64,000 nucleotides of DNA from Alphaproteobacteria bacterium (GCA_038131935.1 JAYPQH010000033.1:10528-74527), one strand, 5' to 3'. Shown: positions 10,228-20,796, counted from the stretch's first letter. The notes: a model not told the origin generated them from the sequence alone. Numbers and translations: made by a program.

Positions 10228-11094
10228 TTAACCAACAAAATCTTTTAATGTATCGATACCAATTGTTTTGTACATTTTGCGTACATAGTCGTAATCACTG
10301 TCTAAAACATTCTTGAGAAAAAACCCGCCACGATATTTTTGATTATCGTCGCCTTTCAGAATGGCTTTCATAATGTCAGCTCCTTGTTCAACGAAGGCCC
10401 GACGCACCTTAGCAACGATATCAGAACTCAAGTCTTGACGTGCAACAAGAATGTCATTTGGTAGGTCACGTCCTCGTGCGATAACGCTGAAAGACTGTTC
10501 AGGAAACGCCTTGCGTATTTTTTGCAAATGGCCAAAATTCATTCCAACAGCCGCAACATCACCACGGATCATAGCTTCAACAGCTACGTTACGTTTGATA
10601 ATTTTGGCGTTATAGTCTCTGTTCATGTTTAACCCAAGGTCAGCGAGGGCTTGCGCAGGGCCAAGATGTTGTGAAGTTGAACCCACAGATCCAAATGTCA
10701 CAATCTTACCACGAAGATCCTCAACTTGTTTAATGGGACCATCTGACAAGGCTACAATTTGCGCGAAATAGTCTGGTCTTTGCCAAGCAACAACAATTTT
10801 AGGGTTCGCGAGTTCTTTCATCACAACATACTCAGCCGGTCCTGTGAGAACAAATTCGACCTGTTTTGCATTCAAGGCTTCTACAGCTGCAGTTCTTGAG
10901 CTTACTGGAAACAATTCCACATCTAACCCTGTAGCCTCTTCAAGGGCTTCGGCAAAAGGCGCGAACTCTTGCTGTAATTGTTCCATGCCTTCTATGTCGG
11001 TTACGGCAAACCGAACTTTGTCGTCAGCTTGCGCCATGGTCGCAAATCCAAAAATGGCTGAAATAAGAAGAAATTTCGAAAATACGTTGTGCAT
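10228..11094 (-). CDS. phnD: Phosphonate/phosphite ABC transporter substrate-binding protein
   Basis: Signal peptide FLLISAIFGFATMAQA and a PhnD-type periplasmic binding protein. A GGAGA Shine-Dalgarno precedes ATG 11094. Confidence 0.85.
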   Translation of the reverse strand: MHNVFSKFLLISAIFGFATMAQADDKVRFAVTDIEGMEQLQQEFAPFAEALEEATGLDVELFPVSSRTAAVEALNAKQVEFVLTGPAEYVVMKELANPKIVVAWQRPDYFAQIVALSDGPIKQVEDLRGKIVTFGSVGSTSQHLGPAQALADLGLNMNRDYNAKIIKRNVAVEAMIRGDVAAVGMNFGHLQKIRKAFPEQSFSVIARGRDLPNDILVARQDLSSDIVAKVRRAFVEQGADIMKAILKGDDNQKYRGGFFLKNVLDSDYDYVRKMYKTIGIDTLKDFVG

Positions 11095-11171
11095 AATTAT
11101 CTCCATAAGTTACACTAACTATCGAAGATACTTCAATTATTTTTCAGTTTTATGACATAGGAATATTTTTT

Positions 11172-12325
11172 ATGGGTGATGTTTTATGTTTGAGAGGAGG
11201 AAAGGTTCTGCGCTCCAATTCTCTCCAAGAGCAAGATTTATTTATTGATCGAGATATTATTTCTGACAGCTCGAAAAAATACACACGCGCAGTTGATGTA
11301 ACATCTTGTCATGTTTTGCCTGGCATTATTGATGTCCATGGTGATGGATTTGAACATGTATTGATGCCGAGAGCTGGTGTTCATATGGATAAAAACCATG
11401 GTTTGATAGAAGTTGATAAGCAACTTATATCCAACGGTATCACCACTGCATATCATGGTGTGACAGTTTCATATGAACCAGGTCAACGTAGCTTGGCAGA
11501 AGCATTAGATTTTGTATCAGCCCTAGATCTGATGCGTGATCGTTTGGCTGCCCGTCATCTATTACATCTCAGGGCTGAAACCTTTGCTTTTGAGCATTTT
11601 GAAGCCATTTTTGAACGACTAAAAACGCAACCCTCTCCATTGCTAGCTTTTAATGATCATCTCACCAATTTAATGGAGGGAGGTCATATGATGAAAAAGC
11701 TCGGAAAGATGACGGCACGTAGCGGGTTAGATGAGGTTAGCTATAAAAAGTTAATCAATGGTTTGTGGGCAAAAAGGGATCTTGTGGATAAGTATGTTGC
11801 CGAGCTTGCAAATCTTAGTCGATCGCTAGGTATTAAGATGTTTGCTCATGATGAAATAACAATTCAGCAGCGACAACAACATCGTGATTTGGGTATCTTT
11901 GTATCAGAATTTCCCATGACAGAAGACGTGGCGCAAAATGCTATTGATCACTGCGAACATACGGTTATGGGCGCGCCCAACCTATTGCGTGGTAAGAGCC
12001 ATAATGGGGCTATTTCTGCACGTGACATGGTACGTCAAAAACGTTGCACCATTATTGCATCAGACTATTATTATCCAGCGCCATTACGCAGTATATATTT
12101 GATGGACCAATTGGGCATCATGCCTTTAGAACAAGGATGGAGTCTTGTGTCTCAAAATCCTGCGGAAGCGTCTGGATTGGCTGATTTAGGGCAGCTTGAA
12201 CCAGGTTTTTGGTTGATATATTGGTGGTGGAACCAAGAGATGAAGGTCCACAGTTGCGTTATGTATTCCGAAATGGTCAATTGGTATACCAAGCTCCATC
12301 TCATAACTTTTTTGGTTTAGCATGA
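11172..12325 (+). pseudogene. PhnM-like amidohydrolase (alpha-D-ribose 1-methylphosphonate 5-triphosphate diphosphatase family), frameshifted at the 3' end
   Basis: Metal-binding DVHGDGFEH and amidohydrolase-fold motifs. The plausible C-terminus DILVVEPRDEGPQLRYVFRNGQLVYQAPSHNFFGLA is in the -1 frame and ends at TGA 12323-12325, overlapping the next ATG. The shift is at T5 run 12206-12210. Confidence 0.7.
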
Positions 12326-13452
12326 CACAGAGTCCCTATTTCACCCCTCTCATGAACTCTTTGCCATCCACGGTTCCATTTGTTGGGCCCGAGGCTTTAG
12401 AGCGTCTGTATGGTCAACCTTTTCAGGCACGAATTGGTGCTAATGAGAGTGTTTTTGGACCCTCTCCTCGCGCAATTGAGGCGATGCAGAAAGAGGCCAC
12501 TGAGGTATTCAATTATGCAGACCCAGAAAATTACGAACTGCAAACCAAGCTCGCTTTGTTTCATGGGATTGCTTTCGATCAGGTGATGGTTGGAGAGGGT
12601 ATAGACGGTTTATTTGGTATTTTGGCCCGCCTTACTTGTTCCCCTGATACAAAAGTCGTGACGTCGCTAGGAGCCTACCCAACATTTATTTTTCAAGTGG
12701 CCAATACTGGTGCTTCTGTCATACGTGTTCCCTATAAACAGGATCATGAGGATCTGCAGGGACTTCTTGATGCTGTAAAGCAAAACAATGCACGATTATG
12801 TTATCTGGCAAATCCCGACAACCCAATGGGAACATGGCATAAATCTAGTGCGATATTGGATATGCTTCAAAACCTTCCGGAAACATGTCTTCTCATTTTG
12901 GATGAGGCATACTGTGAATTTGCACCTGAAGAGGCAAAAATTGCTGAAGATTTTTGTCATCCACAATTGTTGCGCTTTCGTACCTTTTCAAAAGCCCATG
13001 GAATGGCGGGTCTTCGTGTAGGTTATGTATTTGGATATGAAAACCTGACCATGGCTTTCAACAAGGTAAGAAATCATTTCGGTTTAAACCGCATGGCACA
13101 GATAGCAGCAATGGCATCACTTTCTGATCATGAACATCAAAGATATGTGCGCAACAATGTTGAACATTCAAAACAAGTTATTGCCCAAATTGCGTTAGAA
13201 CAAAATTGCCAGGCTTTGCCTTCGGCAACAAATTTTGTGGCGATTGATTTGGGAGAGGATGGCGCTTTGTCTCGGGCAATGGTCGAAGCGTTGGGTCGTA
13301 GAGGTATCTTTGTTCGTATGCCTGGGGTAGCTCCATTGGATCGTTGTATAAGGGTTACTGCCGGTCGACAGGGTGACATGGACATATTGCGTGAGCATTT
13401 TGGCCCAGCATTGGCTGAAGCAAAAATGAGTACAAAAGGTCAGACAACATGA
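12322..13452 (+). CDS. HisC-like class I/II PLP-dependent aminotransferase
   Basis: Motifs ANESVFGPSP and LANPDNPMG; PLP-lysine motif FRTFSKAHGMAGLRVGY. Confidence 0.75.
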   Translation: MTQSPYFTPLMNSLPSTVPFVGPEALERLYGQPFQARIGANESVFGPSPRAIEAMQKEATEVFNYADPENYELQTKLALFHGIAFDQVMVGEGIDGLFGILARLTCSPDTKVVTSLGAYPTFIFQVANTGASVIRVPYKQDHEDLQGLLDAVKQNNARLCYLANPDNPMGTWHKSSAILDMLQNLPETCLLILDEAYCEFAPEEAKIAEDFCHPQLLRFRTFSKAHGMAGLRVGYVFGYENLTMAFNKVRNHFGLNRMAQIAAMASLSDHEHQRYVRNNVEHSKQVIAQIALEQNCQALPSATNFVAIDLGEDGALSRAMVEALGRRGIFVRMPGVAPLDRCIRVTAGRQGDMDILREHFGPALAEAKMSTKGQTT

Positions 13453-14234
13453 AGTTGGTAAGCTGGAATATTAATGGAATCCGACCTCGCTTAAGCCACT
13501 TACATGATTTGATCCAAGCTTTTGACCCCGATGTGATCGCGTTACAAGAAACCAAAGTACAGGATCAACAATTTCCGCAACAAGATATTAAAGAATGGGG
13601 CTATCATTTTCAAACTATTAGGGGTCAAAAGTCTTATAATGGTGTCGCTATCCTATCACGTTTGCCATGTGAAAATTCTTATCATTTAAACTTTCATGAA
13701 GAAGATGGGGCACGCCATGTCATGGCAAGACATGCAGGCATCAATATTCATAATTTCTATGTCCCAGCAGGTGGTGATATTCCTGACCCTGAGCAAAATC
13801 AAAAATTTGCCCATAAGCTTCGTTTTCTCGATTCCATGACTGCATATGCATCAGAGGGACATTTTTCAAAATGCAGTATCTTGGTAGGCGATCTCAATAT
13901 AGCGCCATCTGTTTATGATGTGTGGTCGCATAAGCAACTTGAGAATGTGGTAAGTCATACAGATATCGAGAGAAACGCACTTTGCAATTTGCTGCAAACA
14001 TCAACGATGCTTGATGTGGTAAGATATTGTTATCCAGAACCGGAGATGTTGTTTAGTTGGTGGTCGTATAGGTCTCCAGATTTTCGTAAAAACAATCGAG
14101 GACGACGGCTTGACCATATTTGGATAAGTCCTGATCTCAAAGATAACATTGTTTCTATTTCACTTATTGATAGTTTTCGTGAAAAAATTAAACCCTCAGA
14201 CCATATCCCTATATTACTGGAACTGCGAGACTAG
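13449..14234 (+). CDS. xthA: Exodeoxyribonuclease III
   Basis: Motifs KLVSWNINGIR, DVIALQETK and SDHIPILLEL. ATGA overlap with the upstream gene. Confidence 0.9.
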   Translation: MKLVSWNINGIRPRLSHLHDLIQAFDPDVIALQETKVQDQQFPQQDIKEWGYHFQTIRGQKSYNGVAILSRLPCENSYHLNFHEEDGARHVMARHAGINIHNFYVPAGGDIPDPEQNQKFAHKLRFLDSMTAYASEGHFSKCSILVGDLNIAPSVYDVWSHKQLENVVSHTDIERNALCNLLQTSTMLDVVRYCYPEPEMLFSWWSYRSPDFRKNNRGRRLDHIWISPDLKDNIVSISLIDSFREKIKPSDHIPILLELRD

Positions 14235-14347
14235 TTTGGTTCTTGCCCCAGCGCTAATGAATAGGACCAATTAAAAGCCTTAATTGAGCAAATACGAATT
14301 TATCAGAAACACGCCGAACAACACTGTCCAAGCGGATGTCTAGATTA

Positions 14348-14560
14348 TCAAAGTTTTCGTGCCTCTTCAGGTAGCATAATCGGAATACCATCGCGTATAG
14401 GGTACGCAAGTTTTGCAGCATGGCATATAAGCTCTTCGGCTTCCTTATCTAAGACAAGAGAACCATGAGTGACTGGGCACACAAGTATTTCCAACAACTT
14501 TGGGTCAATAATATTTTGCGCTGTATCAGGTTCTTGTTTTTGTTCGTTCTCAGTCATCAT
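14348..14560 (-). CDS. Trm112-family protein
   Basis: [17 protein letters not shown]...[17 protein letters not shown] trimmed the start to the internal Met so that it follows the upstream stop. Confidence 0.7.
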   Translation of the reverse strand: MMTENEQKQEPDTAQNIIDPKLLEILVCPVTHGSLVLDKEAEELICHAAKLAYPIRDGIPIMLPEEARKL

Positions 14561-14591
14561 TATTCCAGACTTTATCCTGCTATGGTGGTTA

Positions 14592-15248
14592 TCAGTTGAT
14601 GGTTCCATCACCCATTTCGGTATTTACCGACATTTCTAGTATGGCCATAAGCACATTTGCGCGGGTCGGCAAATCAATAGCTTGTAACAGAGCTTGTTTT
14701 TCCTCTGAACGAAATGGACATACAATGGACAACATATTGATGAAATCTTCATCATGGGCCGTGCGCAGCCCGCTCCAATCGGCTTCAATATTTTTAAGGA
14801 CGAAATACCGCTCCAAGAGACTTGTAATGGTACTTCGATTTTCCAGTGGTGCAGATTTTTCACTGATAAAGTCATGAGCATAGGTGTCAAACCGAGCATG
14901 GACTTGCCGATAGGAAGTTGTAGGGTTGAGTTCATCGACAATATCAAATCTCGATATACCAGTCAGTGTAATGAGGTAACGTTTATCTTCTGTTTCTGAC
15001 CAACTTGTTATTCTGCCTAAACAACCAACTTCAAAAACAGACGGTTTATTATTGCTTTCGAATCCATCAGGTTGAACCATACCAATAAACCGATGACTAG
15101 ATAAAGCATCATTAATCATGTCGATATACCGAGGTTCAAATATATTTAAAGGAAGCTTGCAACGCGGTAACAATGTTGCACCACTAAGTGGAAATATAGG
15201 GATAGTGATGGGCAGATTTTTAGGTGATGTGAACTCCTGGGTAAACAT
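14592..15248 (-). CDS. LON peptidase substrate-binding (N-terminal) domain protein
   Basis: [26 protein letters not shown], typical of stand-alone Lon N-domain proteins. Confidence 0.8.
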   Translation of the reverse strand: MFTQEFTSPKNLPITIPIFPLSGATLLPRCKLPLNIFEPRYIDMINDALSSHRFIGMVQPDGFESNNKPSVFEVGCLGRITSWSETEDKRYLITLTGISRFDIVDELNPTTSYRQVHARFDTYAHDFISEKSAPLENRSTITSLLERYFVLKNIEADWSGLRTAHDEDFINMLSIVCPFRSEEKQALLQAIDLPTRANVLMAILEMSVNTEMGDGTIN

Positions 15249-15278
15249 ATGCCTCTTAAGCCCCCTTTTGTCAGTGCT

Positions 15279-16187
15279 TCAGGAAAATAGGATAGCTGAT
15301 AATTTAGAGCGCCCCTTTAACATGACAGGGTCTTTACTACCCAATGCGTCAAAAATTTCTACCAACCTTTTGCGGGCACCATCTTCTTTCCAAGTGCGGT
15401 CTTTCCGAACAATGGTAAGAAGATGGTCGATGGCATCCTCATTTCGACCAAGTCCAGAAAGTGCTGTTGCCAGATCAAAACGGGCTTGGTGGTCATCTGG
15501 GTTTTCGGAAACAGATTGCTCAAGTGCTGAAAGTTGTCCACCCATAGCCTCAGCTTCCTTTGCCAATTTTAAATGACCCGCTGCGGTTTGGAGTGCAGGA
15601 TGTTGCGCGAGCTCATCCTCTATTGTGGTAAGAATACCCTCGGCCTGATCAAAGTCCTTAAGTTTTATCAGTGCGCGTACATAACCACCTAATGCCTCAG
15701 GTTGGTCATTGTCTGTGCTCAATATTTGTGAAAATAATTCTGCGGATTGAGATGGATTTTCCGTCAGCAAGGCTTCAGCTTCTTGCATAATGCTTTCGAT
15801 ATCCATTTCACCGGGTACAGTAACGCCTTTGGTTAATTTGTCGATAAAACCCTTGATTTGGCTATCTGGCAATGCACCCATAAATCCATCAACAGGCTGA
15901 CCATTATGAAAGGCGTAGACCGTAGGAATGGATTGAATACGTAATTGTTGAGCCAGCATTTGGTTTTCATCAACATTAATTTTCACCATTCGAACCTTAC
16001 CCCCTGCGGCTTGAACCGCTTTTTCTAAGGCTGGGCCTAGCTGTTTGCATGGTCCGCACCAGGGCGCCCAGAAGTCAACGATGACGGGAACGTTTTGGGA
16101 GGCCAGAATGACATCCTCTTGAAACCGCTCCTGGCTAGATTCAGTGATAAGCGGCTGCGGTGAAGTGTTATCTTTGCTGTCAAACAT
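15279..16187 (-). CDS. Thioredoxin-domain / TPR co-chaperone (YbbN/CnoX family)
   Basis: VIVDFWAPWCGPCKQL plus a helical TPR-like C-terminus. A GAGGGG Shine-Dalgarno precedes ATG 16187. Confidence 0.8.
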   Translation of the reverse strand: MFDSKDNTSPQPLITESSQERFQEDVILASQNVPVIVDFWAPWCGPCKQLGPALEKAVQAAGGKVRMVKINVDENQMLAQQLRIQSIPTVYAFHNGQPVDGFMGALPDSQIKGFIDKLTKGVTVPGEMDIESIMQEAEALLTENPSQSAELFSQILSTDNDQPEALGGYVRALIKLKDFDQAEGILTTIEDELAQHPALQTAAGHLKLAKEAEAMGGQLSALEQSVSENPDDHQARFDLATALSGLGRNEDAIDHLLTIVRKDRTWKEDGARKRLVEIFDALGSKDPVMLKGRSKLSAILFS

Positions 16188-16320
16188 GTCTGTGCCCCTC
16201 GTTGTAATGGCAAATTCTGAAAGAAGTGAGTCAGTATTACTTATATGTGTATCTCTTTCATCAAACGCCAGGGCTTGCCAAGGTCTTGCTTTTGCGTCAT
16301 ATGACAATCCACGCTAATGA

Positions 16321-16395
16321 GCGGGCGTAGCTCAGGGGTAGAGCATCACCTTGCCAAGGTGAGGGTCGTGAGTTCGAATCTCATCGCCCGCTCCA
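16321..16395 (+). tRNA. tRNA-Gly (anticodon GCC)
   Basis: 7-bp acceptor stem GCGGGCG/CGCCCGC. Anticodon loop CUUGCCAAG. T-arm GGTCGTGAGTTCGAATCTCAT. Encoded CCA end. Confidence 0.95.
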
Positions 16396-16665
16396 GTTAA
16401 TTCTCAGACAATGTAAATTCAGACAGTTTATATATTGCCTGTTATAGAGCGTCTGACCAACGCGTGTCGTACCAGGCATGGTCTGCTTTGTGTATTTCAT
16501 TTGTTTCACGGCTGCTCTTATGGGCGAACTTTTTTACATAGAACTTGCGGATTATGGCTGCATCAGGTTTTGTGTAGAGGCATGGATTGTGGACTTTACA
16601 TTAAAAGACCATCCATGTGGTCGCTGCATGAAACACAAACCATTCAAAATATGTGAGGTTGACAG

Positions 16666-17514
16666 GTGCCAGAGCTACCGGAGGTAGAAACAGTTCGTCG
16701 TGGACTACAATCCTATATTCTTGGCTGCAGACTGACAGCAGTTAAAATGAATAGGCGTGATCTTCGCTTTACAATCAATCCAGATCTTCGTCATTTAGGC
16801 CAAAAAAATGCACTGGTCACAGATGTTCAAAGAAGGGGCAAATATCTCATCATTTATCTTGAGAACCAGCCCACCATTCTTATTCATTTGGGCATGTCTG
16901 GTCGTTTAATTATTGGTGAAACCGACATAACGGACGGTCGTCTGTATCATGAACAACGTCTTTATCAACAACATGATCATATCATATTTCAATTTGATCG
17001 AGGTCAGGTCATTTTTAATGACCCAAGACGGTTTGGTCATGTCGATATGTTGCACAAGGATGGCACGCACAGATTGTTAGATAAGCTCGGTCCAGATCCT
17101 ATTATTGATACCATTGGTTCTGGACAGGTACGCATGATGTTTGGTTCTGGTCGTAGTGCTATAAAGCAGCGGCTTTTGGATCAAACTGTGCTTGCGGGTG
17201 TTGGAAATATCTATGCGTGTGAATCTTTGTTTCAAGCAGGCATTCACCCGTTACGTCAGGTTGGACGTTTGTCTGACCAACGTTTGATAAAGCTCATGGA
17301 TGCAGTTAGAAACGTGTTGGCACGTGCTATTGAAGCTGGTGGCTCGTCACTGCGAGACTACAGAACGCTCTCGGGTGCGCCCGGTTACTTCCAACATCAG
17401 TTCAAGGTGTATGACCAAAAGGGTAGGTTTTGCACTGTTTGTCATGATGGCATTATCCGCCGCATCGTTCAAAATGGTCGTTCAACTTTCTATTGTCCTA
17501 AATGTCAGCGATGA
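16666..17514 (+). CDS. mutM: Formamidopyrimidine-DNA glycosylase
   Basis: N-terminal PELPEVE, H2TH region and C-terminal zinc finger CTVC...CPKCQ. GTG start. Confidence 0.95.
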   Translation: MPELPEVETVRRGLQSYILGCRLTAVKMNRRDLRFTINPDLRHLGQKNALVTDVQRRGKYLIIYLENQPTILIHLGMSGRLIIGETDITDGRLYHEQRLYQQHDHIIFQFDRGQVIFNDPRRFGHVDMLHKDGTHRLLDKLGPDPIIDTIGSGQVRMMFGSGRSAIKQRLLDQTVLAGVGNIYACESLFQAGIHPLRQVGRLSDQRLIKLMDAVRNVLARAIEAGGSSLRDYRTLSGAPGYFQHQFKVYDQKGRFCTVCHDGIIRRIVQNGRSTFYCPKCQR

Positions 17515-17688
17515 TTCCTTCATCTTATCGGTTCACCCGTCATTGACCAAGCTGCAGAAAACCGGTATTGACCCACCTTTATCGAAACGCCCTTTAGGTC
17601 GTTATGGTTTTAAATGATATCTTCGCAAAATGTTGCTTTGAAAAAAATGGCACTGAATGCGGGGTATCGTTGGTTTGGAGATTAAAAT

Positions 17689-17955
17689 ATGGCTAATAGC
17701 CCACAGGCGCGAAAAAGAATCCGTCAAACGGCGCGTAGAACAGAGGTCAACACAGCTCGAAGAAGCCGTATCCGTACATATGTAAAGAAAGTGGAGATGG
17801 CGATCCAAGCTGGGCAAGTAGCCGAGGCAAAGGAAGCTTTCGTCGCTGCACAGCCAGAAATCATGAGAGGTGTTACAAAAGGTCTCATTCATCGGAATAC
17901 TGCTAGTAGAAAAGTTTCTCGACTTAATAGTCGCATCAAGGCGATGAGTCTGTAG
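17689..17955 (+). CDS. rpsT: 30S ribosomal protein S20
   Basis: [21 protein letters not shown]...; 88-aa basic protein. Confidence 0.95.
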   Translation: MANSPQARKRIRQTARRTEVNTARRSRIRTYVKKVEMAIQAGQVAEAKEAFVAAQPEIMRGVTKGLIHRNTASRKVSRLNSRIKAMSL

Positions 17956-17983
17956 CCTATATTGAACATACAAAATTTTATTT

Positions 17984-18020
17984 AAAGGGACTTATAAGTT
18001 ATAAGTCCCTTTTTCTTTTT
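17984..18020 (+). terminator. Rho-independent terminator after rpsT
   Basis: Perfect hairpin AAAGGGACTTAT/ATAAGTCCCTTT with a 4-nt loop, followed by a T-rich tract. Confidence 0.75.
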
Positions 18021-18219
18021 GTTTTTCAATTTTCTAATCAATGTCAACGGTGAAAAGAGCAAGAAAATTTCTAGGTTTGACGTTGCATAATACGGCTTTG
18101 AAGGTTAACCATGCACGGATGTTGGCGAAAATAAAAAACGTTTGAGGACCCTAACACAAGGTTGATTACGTTGGTTTTTAGTGTAGCCTTGTAAGATGTT
18201 TTTTGGCTTAGGAAGTGAC

Positions 18220-19602
18220 ATGGCTGGCTTGAACGCTCATGATGAAGTATGGACATTTGTGCAAGAACGTATGCGTCGCCAATTTGGTGATGCCACTTAT
18301 GCATCATGGGTGCAGCCGTTAAAACTTACTGAAGTGCGTGAAGGTGCTGCTGTGCTCATCGCACCAACGGCTTTCATGCGTGATCGGATAAAAGATAGGT
18401 TCAAGCAGGCGCTTGAGGAAGCTTTCCAAACTATTCAACCCGCTATTGTGAAGGTCGAGATTGGGCATAAGGAAGCTGTAGAAAACGAGTCTTCTAAGCA
18501 GCAGGATAAGCAGCCAGCGAGGACTCCTGCTAAGCCATCTCCATCATACGAAATGATAGAGACAGAAACGGCTGTATTTGATCGGCGTTTTACATTTGAA
18601 AATTTTGTCACGGGTAAATCCAACCAGCTTGCGTTTGCTGCAGCAAGGCGTGTTGCTGCGGAAGTTGAGGTGCAATTTAACCCTCTATTTTTGTATGGTG
18701 GTGTGGGACTTGGCAAAACCCATCTCATGCACGCTATTGCATGGGAAATAAAACAGAAAACACCTGAACGTAGTGTGATGTATTGTTCAGCTGAACAGTT
18801 TATGTACAAATTTATATCTGCATTGCGCCATCGTAGCACCATAGATTTTAAAAATCTTTTCCGATCTGTAGATGTGCTCATGATTGACGACGTACAATTC
18901 ATAAGTGGAAAAGATTCAACGCAAGAAGAATTTTTTCATACCTTTAACGAATTAATAGACAATTCAAAGCAAATCATTATTTCTGCTGACCGCTCTCCGA
19001 CTGATTTAGAGGGCATGGAAGAACGTATCAAATCTCGTCTTGGTTGGGGATTGGTCGCTGACATACATCCTACTGACTACGAATTGAGACTCGGTATTCT
19101 GCAAACAAAAGCTGAAATGGTTCATCACCAACATGGATTTCAGATTTCTGAACGCGTTTTAGAATTTTTGGCCCATCGTATCACATCAAATGTGCGGGAG
19201 CTTGAAGGTGCTCTTACACGTTTATGTGCTTTTTCTACCTTGGTTCATCGTCCCATTGATATGGACATGGCCGAAGATGTTCTACGTGACCTCCTGCGCG
19301 CAAGTAGCAGACGCACAACTGTGGATGAAATTCAACGCAAAGTTGCCGAGCATTTCAATTTGAAGATGTCTGATATGCATTCTGCTCGCCGTACGGCATC
19401 AATTGCTCGGCCAAGACAAATCGCAATGTATCTGTGTAAAATTCTCACCCAACGATCACTGCCTGACATAGGTAAAAAATTTGGTGGGCGCGATCACACG
19501 ACCGTTATTCACGCGGTCCGTCGTGTTGAACAACTTATGAACGAAGATCATAATATTCGCGAGGATGTGCAATTGTTGCGTCGTGCTCTGGAGTCGTCCT
19601 GA
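18220..19602 (+). CDS. dnaA: Chromosomal replication initiator protein
   Basis: AAA+ motifs GGVGLGKTHL and LMIDDVQF. Domain IV IARPRQIAMYLCKILT...GGRDHTTVIHA. A GGAAG Shine-Dalgarno precedes ATG 18220. Confidence 0.95.
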   Translation: MAGLNAHDEVWTFVQERMRRQFGDATYASWVQPLKLTEVREGAAVLIAPTAFMRDRIKDRFKQALEEAFQTIQPAIVKVEIGHKEAVENESSKQQDKQPARTPAKPSPSYEMIETETAVFDRRFTFENFVTGKSNQLAFAAARRVAAEVEVQFNPLFLYGGVGLGKTHLMHAIAWEIKQKTPERSVMYCSAEQFMYKFISALRHRSTIDFKNLFRSVDVLMIDDVQFISGKDSTQEEFFHTFNELIDNSKQIIISADRSPTDLEGMEERIKSRLGWGLVADIHPTDYELRLGILQTKAEMVHHQHGFQISERVLEFLAHRITSNVRELEGALTRLCAFSTLVHRPIDMDMAEDVLRDLLRASSRRTTVDEIQRKVAEHFNLKMSDMHSARRTASIARPRQIAMYLCKILTQRSLPDIGKKFGGRDHTTVIHAVRRVEQLMNEDHNIREDVQLLRRALESS

Positions 19603-19674
19603 AGGGCTTTGATTACGTCGCGTTCAATGCTATGAATAAAGGCCTTGTTCACAACAGACATTGGAACGGCCACC

Positions 19675-20796
19675 ATGAAGCTATCCATTGACAGACACCA
19701 TCTTCTTAAAGCCTTAGGGCATGTCCAGAGTATTGTAGAAAGACGCACAACCATACCTGTTCTTGCCAACGTTCTCATGGAAGCAAGAGATGGGTTTTTG
19801 ACATTCTCAGCAACAGATCTTGACATTGAAATTCAAGAGCGGGTTGTCGCGAAGGTTATACAACCTGGTGCGACCACTGCTCCAGCGCATTTACTATTTG
19901 ATATTGTGCGTAAACTTTCTGATGGTGTTGATGTGGAGCTTGATCATGATGCTGGTGCGGAGCGCTTGCATATTCGTTCAGGCCGTTCACGCTTTTCACT
20001 GGCATGTTTGGCTCGGGATGAATTTCCTAGCCTTTCAGATGGCGCGTTTCCTTGCCAGTTCCGCCTAGAAACGGCAGTTATGAAGAAAATGATTGATAAG
20101 ACAAGGTTTGCCATTTCAACGGAAGAAACAAGATATTACCTAAACGGTATCTATCTACATATTCGTGAGGTTGATGGATTATCATATTTGAGTGCTGTGG
20201 CAACGGATGGACACCGTCTTGCTCTTGCCAGTGATGAAGCACCTCAAGGGTCCTCTTCCATGACAGGGTCTATTTTGCCCCGTAAGGCCGTAGGCGAATT
20301 GAGAAAACTTCTTGAAGATACAGAACAAGACTTTATGGACGTTTCTGTATCTGAGAGCCGTATCAGATTCGTTTTTGATGATGTGAAACTCTCAACAAAA
20401 CTCATAGATGGAACATTTCCTGATTATGAGCGTGTAATCCCGGGTGACAATGATCGTGTGCTTACTATTGATCCTGTGCATTTCTCCAAGGCTGTGGATC
20501 GTGTTGCGACGGTGTCTTTCGAAAAAACCCGCGCTGTAAAATTATCTTTAGGATCAAAGCGTTTGGAGTTGTCTGTCACAAGTCCTGATTCAGGCTCCGC
20601 TGTGGAAGAGCTAGAAGTCGATTATGATGCTGGTGATTTGGAAATTGGGTTTAATGCACGCTATCTACTCGATATAAACGCACAACTTGACAAACAAGAG
20701 GCACGATTTGAGTTCAAAGATTCTGCATCGCCCACGGTCATACGCTCAGGTGATGATGATGGTCTTCTTTTTGTCTTGATGCCAATGCGGGTTTGA
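19675..20796 (+). CDS. dnaN: DNA polymerase III beta sliding clamp
   Basis: MKLSIDRHHLLKALGHVQSIVERRTTIPVLANVL...LFVLMPMRV. Three-domain length. Confidence 0.95.
   Translation: MKLSIDRHHLLKALGHVQSIVERRTTIPVLANVLMEARDGFLTFSATDLDIEIQERVVAKVIQPGATTAPAHLLFDIVRKLSDGVDVELDHDAGAERLHIRSGRSRFSLACLARDEFPSLSDGAFPCQFRLETAVMKKMIDKTRFAISTEETRYYLNGIYLHIREVDGLSYLSAVATDGHRLALASDEAPQGSSSMTGSILPRKAVGELRKLLEDTEQDFMDVSVSESRIRFVFDDVKLSTKLIDGTFPDYERVIPGDNDRVLTIDPVHFSKAVDRVATVSFEKTRAVKLSLGSKRLELSVTSPDSGSAVEELEVDYDAGDLEIGFNARYLLDINAQLDKQEARFEFKDSASPTVIRSGDDDGLLFVLMPMRV

Noticed and set aside
16435-16687. Cys-rich ORFs of 73 aa and 69 aa between tRNA-Gly and mutM
   Set aside because: They overlap each other, have no Shine-Dalgarno and look non-protein-like. 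The second runs into the mutM start.
17956-18219. Possible oriC in the rpsT-dnaA intergenic region, given the dnaA-dnaN-recF-gyrB block
   Set aside because: I found no TTATCCACA-like DnaA boxes on either strand and no marked AT-rich unwinding element. In many alphaproteobacteria oriC is not adjacent to dnaA. It needs a genome-wide GC-skew and box scan.
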